The position numbers and the translations under genes were made by a program. From NCBI GenBank assembly GCA_014860355.1, contig JACZJV010000062.1, forward strand, positions 759 to 64,758: a stretch of DNA of 64,000 nt, read 5' to 3'. Of the stretch, positions 48,360-60,593 are shown in pieces. The number at the start of each line of letters is the position of its first letter. Position 1 is the first letter of the stretch. The stretch is from Burkholderiales bacterium. Lineage in GTDB: Bacteria; Pseudomonadota; Gammaproteobacteria; Burkholderiales; SG8-39. Below the pieces are notes generated by a model that was not told the DNA's origin, searched no databases, and worked only from the letters and a program-made list of their open reading frames with translations.

Positions 48360-49396
48360 GTTTGTTTCTCCAGCGTTGACAGGCGTTGCTCGATGTTGCG
48401 TAACCGTGCAAGCAGCGAGTCCAGATGGCGCAGCAAAGCCATATGCTTTGCCCAGCTGCGGCTGTCTTCGGCCGGGTTGCCGCCATATGTTCCGGCTTCG
48501 CGTATCGACTTGGTGACCACGGTCGCGCCGTGGATGACGACGCGGTCGGCGATTTCCACATGCCCCATGATATTGGCCCCGCCGCCGATCATGCAGTGTT
48601 TGCCTATGCGCGTACTGCCCGCAATGCCGACGCAACCGGCGATCGCGGTATGCGCGCCTACGCGCACGTTGTGCGCGATCTGGATCAGGTTATCCATTTT
48701 GACCCCGTCTTCTATCACGGTGTCGTCCAGCGCGCCCCGGTCTATGCAGGTATTGGCGCCGATCTCCACATCGTCGCCGATGAGCACGCCCCCGATCTGC
48801 GGAATTTTGCGCCAGCGCCCGCCGTCGAGCACGATGCCGAAGCCGTCCGCGCCGATCACCGCGCCCGAATGCACCAGCGCCCGCTCCCCCAGGCGACAAC
48901 CTGCGTAGACCGTGACGCGCGCGTGCAAGCGGCTGGCGGCGCCGATTTCGACCGCATCGCCCAGGTGGCAGCCCGGTCCTATTATCACTCCTTCGCCCAG
49001 CTTGACGCCGCGACCGATACAGGCGCCGGCGCCCACGCTGGCGCTCGCAGGGATACTGGTCCCGCGCTCCACGACCGCTGTGGGGTGCACCCCGCCGCTC
49101 GCCACCGCAGGCGGATTGAACAGGGAGGAGACCTTGGCAAAATACAGGTATGGATTGTCGCAGACGATGCGCGGCAGATCGGTTACATCGCTGTCCGCTT
49201 TGCCGACGATCACTGCGCCGGCGCGCGTAGCAGCAAGCAGCTTGCGGAATTTGGCGTGGCTGAGAAAGCCGACGTGCTGGGGGAGCGCATTCTCGAGCGT
49301 GGCGACCTGGCTGACCGCCGTCAGCGGGTTGCCGATGATCTCACCACCGAAGCGTTCGACAATCTGGGCCAGGCGGTATTTCTTGGCCTTAGCCAT
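48356..49396 (-). CDS. lpxD: UDP-3-O-acylglucosamine N-acyltransferase
   Basis: 346 aa with extensive hexapeptide repeats. Between skp and fabZ. Confidence 0.95.
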   Translation of the reverse strand: MAKAKKYRLAQIVERFGGEIIGNPLTAVSQVATLENALPQHVGFLSHAKFRKLLAATRAGAVIVGKADSDVTDLPRIVCDNPYLYFAKVSSLFNPPAVASGGVHPTAVVERGTSIPASASVGAGACIGRGVKLGEGVIIGPGCHLGDAVEIGAASRLHARVTVYAGCRLGERALVHSGAVIGADGFGIVLDGGRWRKIPQIGGVLIGDDVEIGANTCIDRGALDDTVIEDGVKMDNLIQIAHNVRVGAHTAIAGCVGIAGSTRIGKHCMIGGGANIMGHVEIADRVVIHGATVVTKSIREAGTYGGNPAEDSRSWAKHMALLRHLDSLLARLRNIEQRLSTLEKQT

Positions 49397-49405
49397 CGGA
49401 GCCGA

Positions 49406-49909
49406 CTATTTCCCTGCCGGTTTGTCTTCCAGAGCCTTGATCACCTTGTCTGTGAGGTCGATGCGCGGGCTGGCATAGACCGCCTCCTGGAAGATGATGT
49501 CGTATTTCTCCGACTCGGCAATGGCCTTGATGGCGCGGTTGGCGCGCTCGAGCACCGCGGCAAGCTCGTCATTGCGCCGCTGGTTCAGATCCTCGCGGAA
49601 CTCGCGTTGCTTGCGCTGAAAATCCTTGTTCAGTTCGCCAAATTCGCGCTCCTTGGTACGACGCTCGGTTTCACTCATGGTGACCGCGTTCTTCTCGAGG
49701 TTCTCCTGCAGCTTGCGAATCTGCTCGGCCATGCTCTGCATTTCCTTGTCGCGTTTGGCGAACTCCTGTTCGATTTTTTTCTGCGCACGCACCGCGGGCG
49801 CGGCATCGCGAAACACCCTCTCTGTGTTTACGAATCCAACCTTGACTTCAGCGGCGGCGGCACTGCTGCACATCAGCACAGCCAGCGCGACAAATACTAT
49901 ATTTTTCAA
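49406..49909 (-). CDS. skp: periplasmic chaperone Skp (OmpH)
   Basis: TTG 49909 preceded by GAGGAG. Signal peptide (M)KNIVFVALAVLMCSSAAA. Coiled Lys/Glu-rich body. Follows bamA. Confidence 0.88.
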   Translation of the reverse strand: MKNIVFVALAVLMCSSAAAAEVKVGFVNTERVFRDAAPAVRAQKKIEQEFAKRDKEMQSMAEQIRKLQENLEKNAVTMSETERRTKEREFGELNKDFQRKQREFREDLNQRRNDELAAVLERANRAIKAIAESEKYDIIFQEAVYASPRIDLTDKVIKALEDKPAGK

Positions 49910-49926
49910 CCCGATCTCCTCGATCC

Positions 49927-52206
49927 CTAAAAGACCTGACCCAACAGGAACTGCATGCGCTGAATCCTGTCGCCTTCCTGGATGTTGAGCGGGAAGCCAT
50001 AGCTCAGGCGTATCGGACCCACGGGCGATGTCCAGTTGAACGCCAACCCGGTCGAATAGCGCAAGTCGGACATGCTCATTTTCTCGCCTGCGCCCCAAAC
50101 CTGGCCGGCGTCGACAAACACGCTCAAGCGCATGGAACGGTCCATGCCCGTACCCGGCATCGGGAACAGCACTTCAGCGTTACCGACCAGGCGCCTTGTG
50201 CCACCGATGGGGTCGCCGAGATCGTCGCGCGGGCCGAGCGAGTACGAATCGTAGCCGCGCACCGAACTGACGCCGCCCGCGTAAAAATTCTTGTAAAACG
50301 GCAGGGGCTTTCCCTCCGTGCCATCGGCGGTGCCGATTTCGCCGTTGAGCATAAAGGTATAGGTGCGCGACAGCGGGTAATACCATTGCACCTGCTCCGT
50401 GAGCTTGTAGTATTTGAGCGTTCCGCCCGGCAATCCGGCTTCCAGATTGGCGCGGATCAAGGTGCCACTGGTAGGCGTAAGCGCGCTGTCGCGCTGCTCG
50501 CGTATCCAGCCTATCGTTCCAGGAACGGTGGTATTGTCGTTGCCAAAAATCTGGACAAACTCTTTGTACGTAGTCGGGCTGGTCTCGTTGATGCCGAGCT
50601 TGGTGTTTTCCACGCCGAGCCCCAAACCGAGGTTATCCACCTCGGTCAGCGGTATGCCGAAGCGCACCCCTGCACCCGTTGTGTCCGTAGTGTAATAGCC
50701 CAGGCTGAGATAGGACGCGTCGAGACGGCGTTTGTAGATGTCGAAGCCGCGGCTGACGCCGTCCACCGTGTAATAGGGATTGGTAAAGCTCAGGCTGGCA
50801 TTGCGGTTAACCTTGCTGGTGCTTAGAGCCGCCGTGATGTGCTTGCCGCTGCCAAATATATTCTGCTGCGAAATCGAGCCGCTGAGGATCACTTTTTCCT
50901 CGGAGGAAAAGCCCGCGCCGAGCGTAATGGCTCCGGTCGGCTTTTCCTTGACCTTGATACTTACATCCACCTGGTCCGAGGTGCCCGGCACCGCGGGCGT
51001 CTCGACGTCGACCTCCGTAAAATATCCCAGGCGATCCAGGCGCAGCTTGGATTTCTGTATCTTGTCGGCATCGTAGTAGGCACCCTCGAGTTGCCGCATC
51101 TCGCGGCGCACCACTTCGTCGCGGCTTCGGGTATTTCCCGAGACGTTGATACGACGCACGTAAACCCGCCGCCCCGGATCGATCATGATGGTCAATGCGA
51201 CGCGCTTTGCAGCCTTGTCCAGTTCGGGAACGGCGTTCGCGTTGGCGAATGCGTAGCCTTCGTTTCCCAGCCTGTCGGTGATGTTCTTGGTGCTCTCGTT
51301 GAGTTTCTGGCGCGAGAAGGTCTCCCCGGGCTTCAACTGGACCAGCCCGCGCAATTCGGACTCCGGCAGCAGCATATCGCCGCCCAAATTGACATCCGAC
51401 ACGGTGTACTTGTCGCCCTCGCGGATATTTACCGTAATGTAGATGTCCTTCTTGTCCGGAGTGATCGATACTTGGGTCGAGTCGATGCTGAACTCAAGAT
51501 AGCCGTTGTTAAGATAGAACGAGCGCAGGGTCTCGAGATCGCCGGACAATTTCTGTTTCGAATACTGGTCGTTCTTGGTGTACCAGGTCAGCCATCCCGG
51601 CGTCTGCAGCACAAAGAGGTCGAGCAGATCTTTCTCCCTGAATGCATTGTTGCCGATGATATTGATTTGACGGATCTTGGTGACGTCCCCTTCGTTGATG
51701 GAGAAGCTGACGCCCACGCGATTGCGCTCGAGCGGGGTGACAGTTGCAACGACGCTGGCGCCGTAGAGCCCGCGGGAGAGGTATTGCCGCTTGATCTCCT
51801 GCTCGGCCTGGTCGAGCAGCGCCTTGTCGAATGAGCGTCCCTCGGCCAGGCCGATTTCGCGCAGCCCCTTGCGCAAGGCCTCTTTTTCGAACTCCTTGTT
51901 GCCGATGAAGTCGATTTGCGTCACGGCCGGACGCTCCTCGACCATCACAATCAGCACGTCGCGCTGCACCTCGAGTCGTACATCCTTGAAGAAACCGGTC
52001 GCAAACAAGGACTTGATCGCAGCGGCCGCTTTTTCATCCGTCATGGTCTCGCCGACCTTGACCGGGAGGTAGCTGAATACGGTTCCGGCCTCGATGCGCT
52101 GGATGCCTTCGACGCGTATGTCGCGCACCACGAAAGGATCGAAGGCATGTGCCGCGCCGATCCACAGGCAGGCGCACGCGGCAGCGAGATATCTGGTCAT
52201 GGTCAC
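49927..52206 (-). CDS. bamA: outer membrane protein assembly factor BamA
   Basis: 759 aa. Signal peptide, five POTRA-like repeats, C-terminal barrel ending ...[10 protein letters not shown]. Confidence 0.97.
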   Translation of the reverse strand: MTMTRYLAAACACLWIGAAHAFDPFVVRDIRVEGIQRIEAGTVFSYLPVKVGETMTDEKAAAAIKSLFATGFFKDVRLEVQRDVLIVMVEERPAVTQIDFIGNKEFEKEALRKGLREIGLAEGRSFDKALLDQAEQEIKRQYLSRGLYGASVVATVTPLERNRVGVSFSINEGDVTKIRQINIIGNNAFREKDLLDLFVLQTPGWLTWYTKNDQYSKQKLSGDLETLRSFYLNNGYLEFSIDSTQVSITPDKKDIYITVNIREGDKYTVSDVNLGGDMLLPESELRGLVQLKPGETFSRQKLNESTKNITDRLGNEGYAFANANAVPELDKAAKRVALTIMIDPGRRVYVRRINVSGNTRSRDEVVRREMRQLEGAYYDADKIQKSKLRLDRLGYFTEVDVETPAVPGTSDQVDVSIKVKEKPTGAITLGAGFSSEEKVILSGSISQQNIFGSGKHITAALSTSKVNRNASLSFTNPYYTVDGVSRGFDIYKRRLDASYLSLGYYTTDTTGAGVRFGIPLTEVDNLGLGLGVENTKLGINETSPTTYKEFVQIFGNDNTTVPGTIGWIREQRDSALTPTSGTLIRANLEAGLPGGTLKYYKLTEQVQWYYPLSRTYTFMLNGEIGTADGTEGKPLPFYKNFYAGGVSSVRGYDSYSLGPRDDLGDPIGGTRRLVGNAEVLFPMPGTGMDRSMRLSVFVDAGQVWGAGEKMSMSDLRYSTGLAFNWTSPVGPIRLSYGFPLNIQEGDRIQRMQFLLGQVF

Positions 52207-52208
52207 GT

Positions 52209-53573
52209 TCAGCTGGAGATCAAGCGGTTAATGTCGTTATAGAAGGCAAAGGCCATCAGTACCAGCAACAGGGTCAGACCGAGTTTCTGGCCGAATTCCA
52301 TCACGCGATCCGATACCGGGCTACCCTTGAAAATTTCGATCGTATAATACATCAAATGCCCCCCATCCAATAAGGGAATCGGCAGCAGGTTGAGTACCCC
52401 GAGGCTGATGCTGATCAATGCCAGAAAGCTCAAGTATGAAACCAGCCCGAGCTGCGCCGATTGCCCGGCATAATCGGCGATGGTCACCGGACCGCTGAGA
52501 TTCTTCCACGACACCTGCCCGACCAGCATCCGTCCGAGCATCTTCAGGCTGAACACCGACGTGTCCCAGGTCTTCTCAGCCGCCTTCGCCAGTGCACTGA
52601 AGGCACCGTAGCGTACCACGGTAACGAGTTCGTCCAAAGCGTGCGGGTCGAGCTGCGCCGCCGCGCCAATGCGCCCTATGGCGGAGCCGTTCTGCTGCAC
52701 CGTTTCCGGAACCAGCGCGAGTTCGCGCTGTTCGTCTCCGCGCCGATAGTTCAGCCGCAGCTCGCGTCCTGGATGACTGCGCACGAGTTGTACCAATTCA
52801 CTCCAGGAAACGACTGGTTTGCCGTCGGCCGCAAGTATCTGATCGCCAGGCTGCAATCCCGCCCGCTGCGCCACGCCGCCGTCCACAACCTCGCCGATCA
52901 CCGGTTTGATTTCCGGCCGATATAGCCTGAAGCCGATCAAGGCCAGGGTATCGCCTTCGAGTTGCTCCGCGTCGATGGGGGACAGATCGAGCGAGCGCCA
53001 GTTGATCTGGTTATTGCGGTTGAGCACCTCCACCCTGACGCGCTGACGCTCGAGCGCCAGCTGCAGCATGCGCCAGCGCACGTCCTGCCAGGTAGCGACC
53101 GGCTCGCCATTGATGGCGCGTATGGTTTCTCCCGCCTCGAATCCGGCGCTTGCAGCCGGGGTATCCGGCTGCGGCAGATCCACTATGGGTCGCGCTTCCT
53201 GCACGCCGTGCATGAACAGCAGCCAATACAGGAGTATTGCAAACAGGAAGTTGGCCAGCGGCCCGGCAATGACCACGGCGTAACGCCGCCACACGCTCTG
53301 CCGGTTGAAGGCACGGTCGAGCTCCTGCTGCCCCACCTCGCCCTCGCGTTCGTCCAGCATCTTGACGTAACCACCCAGCGGCACCGCGGCCACCACCCAT
53401 TCGGTCTGATCGCGCCCGAATCGCCTTTTCCACAGGGGCATGCCGAAGCCGATGGAGAAACGCAATACTTTGACGCCGCATAGTCGCGCGACGAGGTAGT
53501 GTCCGTATTCGTGCACGACGACCAGCGCCCCCAGCGCGATAACGAATGCGGCTATGGTGTGCAGCAGGTTCAT
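52209..53573 (-). CDS. rseP: RIP zinc metalloprotease RseP
   Basis: [10 protein letters not shown] (HExxH) in TM1, two PDZ segments, C-terminal [12 protein letters not shown] motif. Confidence 0.95.
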   Translation of the reverse strand: MNLLHTIAAFVIALGALVVVHEYGHYLVARLCGVKVLRFSIGFGMPLWKRRFGRDQTEWVVAAVPLGGYVKMLDEREGEVGQQELDRAFNRQSVWRRYAVVIAGPLANFLFAILLYWLLFMHGVQEARPIVDLPQPDTPAASAGFEAGETIRAINGEPVATWQDVRWRMLQLALERQRVRVEVLNRNNQINWRSLDLSPIDAEQLEGDTLALIGFRLYRPEIKPVIGEVVDGGVAQRAGLQPGDQILAADGKPVVSWSELVQLVRSHPGRELRLNYRRGDEQRELALVPETVQQNGSAIGRIGAAAQLDPHALDELVTVVRYGAFSALAKAAEKTWDTSVFSLKMLGRMLVGQVSWKNLSGPVTIADYAGQSAQLGLVSYLSFLALISISLGVLNLLPIPLLDGGHLMYYTIEIFKGSPVSDRVMEFGQKLGLTLLLVLMAFAFYNDINRLISS

Positions 53574-53575
53574 GG

Positions 53576-54760
53576 CTAGACCGTCATCGCCTCGACCCGA
53601 AGTGCGGCATGCCGGCGCGCAGCGGCATCGGCGTCGAGCACATCGGCCAAGCTGCTGAGCGCGCGCGGGCGCAATTCGTTCATTACCGCCTCGATCACTG
53701 CGGTGATCGCAAGGAATGGCAGGCGCCGCTCGAGGAAGGCGCTCACGGCAACCTCATTCGCCGCATTCAGCGTCGCGGGACTGGTGCCGCCTTCCTTCAA
53801 GGCGCGATAGCCCAGCCGCAGAGCCGGAAAGCGCACGAAATCCGGCGTGCTGAAATCGAGTCTGCCGATGCGCGTCAGGTCGAGGGAACCCACGCCCGCT
53901 TCGATCCGCTCGGGAAAAGCCAGGGCGTGCGCGATCGGCGTGCGCATGTCGGGGTTGCCGAGCTGGGCGATGACCGAGCCGTCTGCGTATTCCACCATGG
54001 AATGCACCACGCTCTGCGGATGCACCACCACCTCTATCTGTTCATGCGTCGCGCCGAACAGCCAGTGCGCCTCGATGATCTCGAGCGCCTTGTTCATCAT
54101 GGTCGCCGAATCCACGGAAATCTTGCGCCCCATCACCCAGTTTGGATGCGCGCAGGCTTCCTCAGGCGTCACGCTGTGCAGGCGTTCCAGCGGTACTTCA
54201 CGGAACGGCCCGCCGGATGCGGTCAACAGCACCCGCCGCACGCCGTGTGCGCCCAGTTCGCCCGAGAACGCATCCGGCAGACACTGGAACACCGCATTGT
54301 GCTCGCTGTCTATCGGCAGCAGTGTGGCGTGATGGCTGCGCACCGCTTCCATGAATATCGGTCCGGCCATGACCAGGGCTTCCTTATTGGCGAGCAGCAG
54401 CTTCTTGCCCGCCCGCGCCGCCGCGAGCGTAGGCGCGAGGCCGGCAGCACCGACGATGGCCGCCATGACGCAGTCGGTTTCCGCGTGGGCCGCAATGCGC
54501 TCCAGGCCCTGCGGTCCTGTGAGGATTTCGGTAGCGCCTGATTGCAGGCGCCTGCCCAGCGCCTCGGCCTGGAGCGCGTGTGCCACCACCGCGTAGCGCG
54601 GCCGGTGGCGCAGGCACAACTCGGCCAGTTCATCCATGCGCTCGTTCGCGCTCAGCGCGAAAATGCGAAAACGCTGCGGATAGCGCGCGGCCACATCCAG
54701 GGTGTTGAGCCCGATGGAACCGGTGGCGCCGAGTATGGCGAGGTTCTGCAGCCCGCTCAT
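53576..54760 (-). CDS. dxr: 1-deoxy-D-xylulose-5-phosphate reductoisomerase
   Basis: ATG 54760 (ATGA overlap with the cdsA stop). [22 protein letters not shown] site, LANKEAL, HPNWVMG motifs. Confidence 0.95.
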   Translation of the reverse strand: MSGLQNLAILGATGSIGLNTLDVAARYPQRFRIFALSANERMDELAELCLRHRPRYAVVAHALQAEALGRRLQSGATEILTGPQGLERIAAHAETDCVMAAIVGAAGLAPTLAAARAGKKLLLANKEALVMAGPIFMEAVRSHHATLLPIDSEHNAVFQCLPDAFSGELGAHGVRRVLLTASGGPFREVPLERLHSVTPEEACAHPNWVMGRKISVDSATMMNKALEIIEAHWLFGATHEQIEVVVHPQSVVHSMVEYADGSVIAQLGNPDMRTPIAHALAFPERIEAGVGSLDLTRIGRLDFSTPDFVRFPALRLGYRALKEGGTSPATLNAANEVAVSAFLERRLPFLAITAVIEAVMNELRPRALSSLADVLDADAAARRHAALRVEAMTV

Positions 54761-55587
54761 ATGAGATACGCCAGCGCCGCCACCGGCAGCACCGCGGTAA
54801 GCGCATCGATGCGATCCAGCACCCCGCCGTGCCCTGGCAGCAAGACGCCGCTGTCCTTGACTCCTGCCTGCCGCTTCAAAGCCGATTCGAACAAATCGCC
54901 ATAGATGCCGATCGCGGTGAGCAGCCACAGGAACAGCAGCATGCCGAAGGCGCCGTAGTGCATGGATTTAAGCGCGTGCGGGAAATACAACTGCCATGCG
55001 TAGCTCCACAGCGCGGCATATGCGCCCACGGCCAGCACCGCCCCGGTCACGCCTTCCCAGGTTTTGCCGGGGCTGATGGAGGGCGCAAGTTTGCGCCGGC
55101 CAAAGCGGCGTCCGGCGAAATAGGCGGCGATGTCCGAAATCCAGGCGACCGACAACAGCAGCAATAGCACCCAGGGACCGAGCTTGCGCAATTCCACCAG
55201 CGCAAGCCATGTCGGCACCAGGACCACGAGGCCGGTCGCCGCCCCCAGCCAGCGGGACCTGGGCAGCCAGGAGCGCCAGAGCCACAGCGGCACGACCACC
55301 ATCCAGAACAGGCCCGCAACCAGATAAACCGCGGCTTGGATGCCGATCTGGCCGATACGGGCATCCCCCCGCTCCACGGCAATCAGGGAGGCACAGGCGG
55401 CCGCGACGAGAACGACGTACAGGCCGCAGGCGGTGTGCCGGAGTTTGATCAGCTTGCCCCATTCCCATGCGGCAGGTATCACCAATGCTCCGGCAAACGC
55501 GGCCCATGCGCGAGGCGGGAGCCAGAACAGCGCCGCCAGAAACAGGACCAACAATACCAGCGCCGTGATGACCCGCGTCTTGAGCAT
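54757..55587 (-). CDS. cdsA: phosphatidate cytidylyltransferase
   Basis: Polytopic membrane protein with C-terminal signature [31 protein letters not shown]. Confidence 0.93.
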   Translation of the reverse strand: MLKTRVITALVLLVLFLAALFWLPPRAWAAFAGALVIPAAWEWGKLIKLRHTACGLYVVLVAAACASLIAVERGDARIGQIGIQAAVYLVAGLFWMVVVPLWLWRSWLPRSRWLGAATGLVVLVPTWLALVELRKLGPWVLLLLLSVAWISDIAAYFAGRRFGRRKLAPSISPGKTWEGVTGAVLAVGAYAALWSYAWQLYFPHALKSMHYGAFGMLLFLWLLTAIGIYGDLFESALKRQAGVKDSGVLLPGHGGVLDRIDALTAVLPVAALAYLI

Positions 55588-55616
55588 CGCTCAATGTACC
55601 CGGCCGGCCCGCACAA

Positions 55617-56402
55617 TCAGGCCAGCGCCTTTTTCTGGGACGGCGCCTTCCCTGCGGACTCGAGTTGCTCGCTGGTGCGGCCGAAGCGGCGCTCGCGCCG
55701 CTGATAGGATTCGATCGCCCGGTCCAGCGCCATCGCGTCGAAGTCTGGCCACAGGATATCGGTGAAGTAAAATTCGCTGTAGGCAAGCTGCCACAGCAGA
55801 AAGTTGCTGATGCGCTGTTCCCCGCCGGTGCGGATGAACAAGTCCGGCTCCGGCGCGTAGGCCATGGCAAGGTGGCTGGCGAATTCCTCCTCGGTAAAGC
55901 CGCCACGCTGCTCCGGTCTTGACTCGATCAGGTGTTGCATGGCCTGCATCAGATCCCATCGTCCGCCGTAGTTCGCCGCTATGGTGAGAGTCATGCTCTT
56001 GTTTGCGCGGGTCAACTGCTCGGCGCGCGCCACCAGCTCGGTGATTTTCTTCCCGAACGGCGCGATGTCGCCCACTACCCGCAGGCAGATGCCGTTGCGG
56101 TGCAGTTTTTCTGCTTCCCGCTCCAGCGCAATGATGAACAACTGCTTCAGCATCGAAACTTCTTCTTCCGGCCGGCGCCAGTTCTCCGAACTGAATGCGA
56201 ACAGGGTCAGGTACTCGACGCCCCGCGCTACACAGGCTTTGACGATCTCGCGCACGATCTCCACGCCGCGCTTGTGCCCCGCGGCTCGCGGCAGCTTGCG
56301 CTGCTTGGCCCAGCGCCCGTTCCCATCCATGATAATCGCAATATGCCGCGGAACCGCCTTCACCTGCGGAATATCGCGTGTCGAGCTGGAAAATGTAGTC
56401 AT
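55617..56402 (-). CDS. uppS: (2E,6E)-farnesyl-diphosphate-specific ditrans,polycis-undecaprenyl-diphosphate synthase
   Basis: [13 protein letters not shown]..., [32 protein letters not shown] motifs. Confidence 0.95.
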   Translation of the reverse strand: MTTFSSSTRDIPQVKAVPRHIAIIMDGNGRWAKQRKLPRAAGHKRGVEIVREIVKACVARGVEYLTLFAFSSENWRRPEEEVSMLKQLFIIALEREAEKLHRNGICLRVVGDIAPFGKKITELVARAEQLTRANKSMTLTIAANYGGRWDLMQAMQHLIESRPEQRGGFTEEEFASHLAMAYAPEPDLFIRTGGEQRISNFLLWQLAYSEFYFTDILWPDFDAMALDRAIESYQRRERRFGRTSEQLESAGKAPSQKKALA

Positions 56403-56430
56403 GAATGTCTCGGTCCAAGAGGCGCGCGGG

Positions 56431-56988
56431 TCAAACCGCCATCAGGTCGGCTTCTTTGGCAGCGAGCAGTTTGTCTATTTCGGCGATGAACTTGTCCGTG
56501 AGCTTCTGGATCTCGTCCTGGGCCCGGCGCTCGTCGTCCTCGGATACCTCCTTTTGCTTGAGCAGATCCTTGAGGTGGTGATTGGCGTCGCGCCGCAGAT
56601 TTCTCACCGCCACCTTGGCGTTCTCGCCTTCGCCTTTGACCACTTTGATGAGTTCGCGCCTGCGCTCCTCGGTCAGCGCCGGCATCGGTACGCGGATCAA
56701 GTCTCCCTGCGAAGCGGGATTGAGTCCAAGATCAGAATCGCGTATCGCCTTTTCGATCAACGCGCCCATCTTTTTTTCCCAGGGCGATATGCCGATGGTG
56801 CGCGCGTCGATCAGGGTCAGGTTGGCGACCTGGTTGATCGGCATCGCGGTGCCGTAGTAATCGACCGTGACGTGGTCGAGGATGCCGGTGTGCGCTCGCC
56901 CGGTGCGCACCTTGCCCAGGTCGGTCTTCAGCGCTTCGAGCGACTTTTGCATCTTCTGCTCGGCGGTTTTTTTGACATCAGCGATCAT
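56431..56988 (-). CDS. frr: ribosome recycling factor
   Basis: 185 aa, canonical RRF sequence ([21 protein letters not shown]...). Confidence 0.97.
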   Translation of the reverse strand: MIADVKKTAEQKMQKSLEALKTDLGKVRTGRAHTGILDHVTVDYYGTAMPINQVANLTLIDARTIGISPWEKKMGALIEKAIRDSDLGLNPASQGDLIRVPMPALTEERRRELIKVVKGEGENAKVAVRNLRRDANHHLKDLLKQKEVSEDDERRAQDEIQKLTDKFIAEIDKLLAAKEADLMAV

Positions 56989-57004
56989 GGTCAGCCCCTC
57001 TCAT

Positions 57005-57733
57005 TCAACTATGTACCAATGTTCCTTCGTTTTCGCCCATCACCACCCGTTTCAGCGCGCCGGGCTTGAAGATGCTGAACACGTTGATCGGCAGCTTCTG
57101 ATCGCGGCACAGGGTCAGGGCGGTCGCGTCCATTACCCTGAGATTCTGGTTGATCGCGTCGTCGAAGCTTACCCGGTCATAGCGCCGCGCCTGCGCATCG
57201 GTGTTCGGGTCGGCGCTGTACACGCCGTCAACTTTGGTCGCCTTGAGCACGATATCACAGCCCATCTCGGTGCCGCGCAGCGCTGCCGCCGTGTCCGTGG
57301 TGAAGAACGGATTGCCCGTGCCGGCTGCGAAAATCACGATCTTGCCCTCCTCCAGATAGCGCATCGCTTTGCCGCGTATGTACGGTTCGACTACCTGCTC
57401 GATGTTGAGCGCCGATTGCACCCGGCCGTTCAGGCCGCCGCGGCGCATGGCGTCCTGCAGGGCGAGCGCATTCATTACGGTGGCGAGCATGCCCATGTAG
57501 TCGGCGGTGGCCCGATCCATTCCGGCGGCGGCAGGTGCCACGCCGCGGAAGATATTGCCGCCGCCGATAACCACGGCAATTTCCAGCCCCAGCGCCGCCA
57601 CTGCGGCGATTTCGGCGACGATGCGGTCTATGGTCACCCGATTTATGCCATACGCATCCTCGCCCATCAGTGCCTCGCCCGAAAGCTTGAGCAGGATGCG
57701 CTTGTAGGCCGGGGTTGCGGTCACGGCGTTCAA
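57005..57733 (-). CDS. pyrH: UMP kinase
   Basis: [13 protein letters not shown] start region. TTG start at 57733 overlapping the tsf stop (TTGA). Confidence 0.93.
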   Translation of the reverse strand: MNAVTATPAYKRILLKLSGEALMGEDAYGINRVTIDRIVAEIAAVAALGLEIAVVIGGGNIFRGVAPAAAGMDRATADYMGMLATVMNALALQDAMRRGGLNGRVQSALNIEQVVEPYIRGKAMRYLEEGKIVIFAAGTGNPFFTTDTAAALRGTEMGCDIVLKATKVDGVYSADPNTDAQARRYDRVSFDDAINQNLRVMDATALTLCRDQKLPINVFSIFKPGALKRVVMGENEGTLVHS

Positions 57734-58611
57734 CTCGTCGCGGCTTTGGCCTGCGCCGCCACTTCGGCGGCGAAATCGCTAGCTTTCTTCTCGATGCCCT
57801 CGCCCGCGACGAAAAACTTGTAGCTGAGCAGCTTGGCGTGCTTTGCGGCCAGCATCTTTTCCACCGTCAGCTTGTCGTCCTTGACGAAAGCCTGTCCAAG
57901 CAGGGTGATCTCGCCTAGAAACTTGTTCATGCCGCCTTCGACCATTTTTTCGGCAATATTGGCCGGCTTGCCCGATTCCCGCGCGCGTGCGGCGAGGACG
58001 TCGCGCTCGCGCGCAAGCGCATCGGGGGATACCTGGTCGCGCGACATGTACTGCGGCCTGGCGAACGCAATGTGCATGGCGAGATCCTTGCCGACCTCGT
58101 CTTCTCCTTCGAATTCGATCAACACGCCGATCTTGACTCCATGCAGGTATTGCGCCAGCTTGGCGCCGGTGTGCAACCGGTGAAAGCGGCGAATGCTCAG
58201 ATTCTCGCCGATCTTCTGCACCAGGGCCTGGCGCCGGGTCTCGACCGTGCCCGACTCAAGCCCGAGCGCGGAGAGCGCCGCCACGTCGGCCGGATCATCG
58301 TTTGCCACGAGTTGTGCCAGCGTCGAAGCAAATTCGAGAAAATCCGAGTTCTTGGCGACGAAATCGGTCTCGCAATTCACTTCAACCAATGCTGCGGTCT
58401 TCCCGTCTGCCGCAAGATACGCGCCGATCACGCCTTCGGCCGCCACGCGTCCGGCGGCCTTGTTCGCTTTGGCGCCGCTCTTGATGCGCAATAGATCTTC
58501 GGCGGATTTCAGGTCGCCCCCGGTCTCTACCAGGGCCTTCTTGCATTCCATCATGCCCAGGCCGGTAATTTCGCGCAATTCCCGGACCATGGTGGCGGTA
58601 ACTTCTGCCAT
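57730..58611 (-). CDS. tsf: translation elongation factor Ts
   Basis: ATG 58611. [30 protein letters not shown]-like N-terminus. Confidence 0.96.
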   Translation of the reverse strand: MAEVTATMVRELREITGLGMMECKKALVETGGDLKSAEDLLRIKSGAKANKAAGRVAAEGVIGAYLAADGKTAALVEVNCETDFVAKNSDFLEFASTLAQLVANDDPADVAALSALGLESGTVETRRQALVQKIGENLSIRRFHRLHTGAKLAQYLHGVKIGVLIEFEGEDEVGKDLAMHIAFARPQYMSRDQVSPDALARERDVLAARARESGKPANIAEKMVEGGMNKFLGEITLLGQAFVKDDKLTVEKMLAAKHAKLLSYKFFVAGEGIEKKASDFAAEVAAQAKAATS

Positions 58612-58631
58612 TTTCTTACTCCTCAAAGTTC

Positions 58632-58656
58632 AAAAAAAGGGGCTTTCGCCCCTTTT
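58632..58656 (-). terminator. intrinsic terminator/attenuator hairpin between rpsB and tsf
   Basis: On the minus strand: caaaa-GGGGC-GAAA-GCCCC-TTTTTTT. A GC stem with GNRA-like loop and U7 tail, about 20 nt after the rpsB stop and before the tsf SD. Confidence 0.7.
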
Positions 58657-58677
58657 GCACGGTAGTACCACTGCTGC

Positions 58678-59433
58678 TTAGCCGAGGGACTCGTCCGGGG
58701 TTTCCAGTTCCACGAATTCGTCCGCGCCTGCGCCTGCGACGATCTCCTGCACCGACATGTCGCGCCCCTCGAGAATCGCGTCGGCCACGCCCCGGGCGTA
58801 CAGGCGGATCGCACGGCTGGAATCGTCGTTGCCAGGAATCACGTGGCTGATGCCCTCGGGCGAATGGTTGGTGTCGACCACGCCGATGATCGGTATGCCC
58901 AGCTTGTTGGCTTCGACCACTGCGCCTTTCTGATAGCCCACGTCAATAATGAATAGCGCATCGGGCACGCCGGTGAGATCCTTGATGCCGCCCAGGCTGC
59001 GTTCGAATTTGACCAATTCGCGCTGGATGCCCAAGGCCTCTTTTTTCGGCATTTTTTCCAGGCTGCCGTCGGCGAGCATCGCTTCCATTTCCTTCAGGCG
59101 TTTGATCGACTGCTTGACGGTCTTGAAATTGGTCAGCATGCCGCCGAGCCAGCGATGGTCGACGTAGGGCGCGCCGCAGCGCAGCGCCTCTTCCTTGATG
59201 ATCTCGCGCGCCTGGCGCTTGGTGCCTACGAACAGGATGGTGCCTTTGTTCGAGGACAGTTTCTTGACGTATTTCATCGCCTCCTGGTACATGACCAGGG
59301 TCTTTTCCAGGTTGACGATGTGAATCTTGTTGCGATGGCCGAATATGAAAGGAGCCATCTTGGGGTTCCAGAAGCGGGTCTGGTGGCCGAAATGCACCCC
59401 TGCTTCCAGCATTTGACGCATGGTCGTAGACAT
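58678..59433 (-). CDS. rpsB: 30S ribosomal protein S2
   Basis: [26 protein letters not shown] canonical S2 N-terminus; 251 aa. Confidence 0.98.
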   Translation of the reverse strand: MSTTMRQMLEAGVHFGHQTRFWNPKMAPFIFGHRNKIHIVNLEKTLVMYQEAMKYVKKLSSNKGTILFVGTKRQAREIIKEEALRCGAPYVDHRWLGGMLTNFKTVKQSIKRLKEMEAMLADGSLEKMPKKEALGIQRELVKFERSLGGIKDLTGVPDALFIIDVGYQKGAVVEANKLGIPIIGVVDTNHSPEGISHVIPGNDDSSRAIRLYARGVADAILEGRDMSVQEIVAGAGADEFVELETPDESLG

Positions 59434-59575
59434 TAGAACTTCTCCATTTAGGGTTGGTCATAGCCGCCCGGCTCGTTATAACCCCGTTTGGGGCACCCTA
59501 AAGAGGGGCGGATCAAATTTAGCCAGGAAATCTGACTAGCGAAATAGTATATCATGAAGCACGAGCTCTGCTCAA
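59434..59575 (-). promoter_or_regulatory. rpsB promoter and structured 5' leader
   Basis: Minus-strand TTGAGC (59575-59570), 18 nt spacer, TATACT (59551-59546). The leader has nested complementarities: CCGCCC/GGGCGG (59511-59506 with 59469-59464), CCCC-AAAC-GGGG (59493-59482), and UUUAGGGU/ACCCUAAA (59502-59495 with 59454-59447) abutting the GGAG SD. Confidence 0.5.
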
Positions 59576-59783
59576 GAAATGCGCGACTAAACAGCAGATT
59601 AAGCCCTGCGTACGCGTCCAGGCGAAATCGCCGGCCGCGTTGCGCAAAATTGCTGCCGGGCACCATTGAGCAGACCGGAGCCTGTCTGCATTCAGCGCGC
59701 TGCGAGCGCGGGATGCCTCAGGCGCAGCTTCCCTTAGCCAGGGCTATCCTTTATCCTTCCCACCCTTTGGGCACAGCCAGCAG

Positions 59784-60593
59784 ATGAGCATCCAGATCAA
59801 GACCCCGGAAGATATCAAGAAAATGCATGTCGCCGGGCGCCTTGCGGCGGAAGTGCTCGATTTCATCGCCCCGCAGGTCAAATCCGGGATTACGACGGGC
59901 GAGCTCGACCGCCTTTGCCACGACTACATGGTCAAGGTGCAGAAAACGGTGCCGGCACCGCTGCATTATGCGCCGCCGGGCTACCAGCCTTATCCCAAGT
60001 CGATTTGCACCTCGATCAATCATCAGGTCTGTCATGGGATTCCCGGCGACAGGCAGCTAAAACACGGCGACATCGTCAATATCGACATCACGGTGATCAA
60101 GGACGGATACCACGGCGACACCAGCCGCATGTTCTATGTCGGCGAGCCTGCGATCCAGGCGCGCCGCCTGTGCGAAACGACCTACGAATGCATGTGGATG
60201 GGCATCCAGGCCGTCAAGCCAGGCGCCCATCTGGGCGACATCGGCGAGGCCATTCAGAAGCACGCCGAGGGGCACGGTTACAGCGTGGTGCGTGAATTTT
60301 GCGGCCACGGAATCGGCAGGAAGTTCCACGAAGAGCCGCAGGTGCTGCATTACGGCCGCGCCGGCACCGGCGTCGCCTTGCAGCCCGGAATGATTTTCAC
60401 CATCGAACCGATGATCAATGCCGGAAAGGCGGCGATCCGCGAACTCTCCGACGGTTGGACCATCGTGACCAAGGACCACAGCCTGTCGGCGCAGTGGGAG
60501 CATACCGTGCTCGTAACCGAAACCGGGCACGAGGTGCTGACCCTGTCCGAGGGTGCACCGGCGCAACCCGCTCCTAAACACGCTCCCCGCTGA
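59784..60593 (+). CDS. map: type I methionine aminopeptidase
   Basis: 269 aa. Metal-ligand contexts DIVNIDIT, HGIG, FTIEPM, EHTV. Confidence 0.96.
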   Translation: MSIQIKTPEDIKKMHVAGRLAAEVLDFIAPQVKSGITTGELDRLCHDYMVKVQKTVPAPLHYAPPGYQPYPKSICTSINHQVCHGIPGDRQLKHGDIVNIDITVIKDGYHGDTSRMFYVGEPAIQARRLCETTYECMWMGIQAVKPGAHLGDIGEAIQKHAEGHGYSVVREFCGHGIGRKFHEEPQVLHYGRAGTGVALQPGMIFTIEPMINAGKAAIRELSDGWTIVTKDHSLSAQWEHTVLVTETGHEVLTLSEGAPAQPAPKHAPR

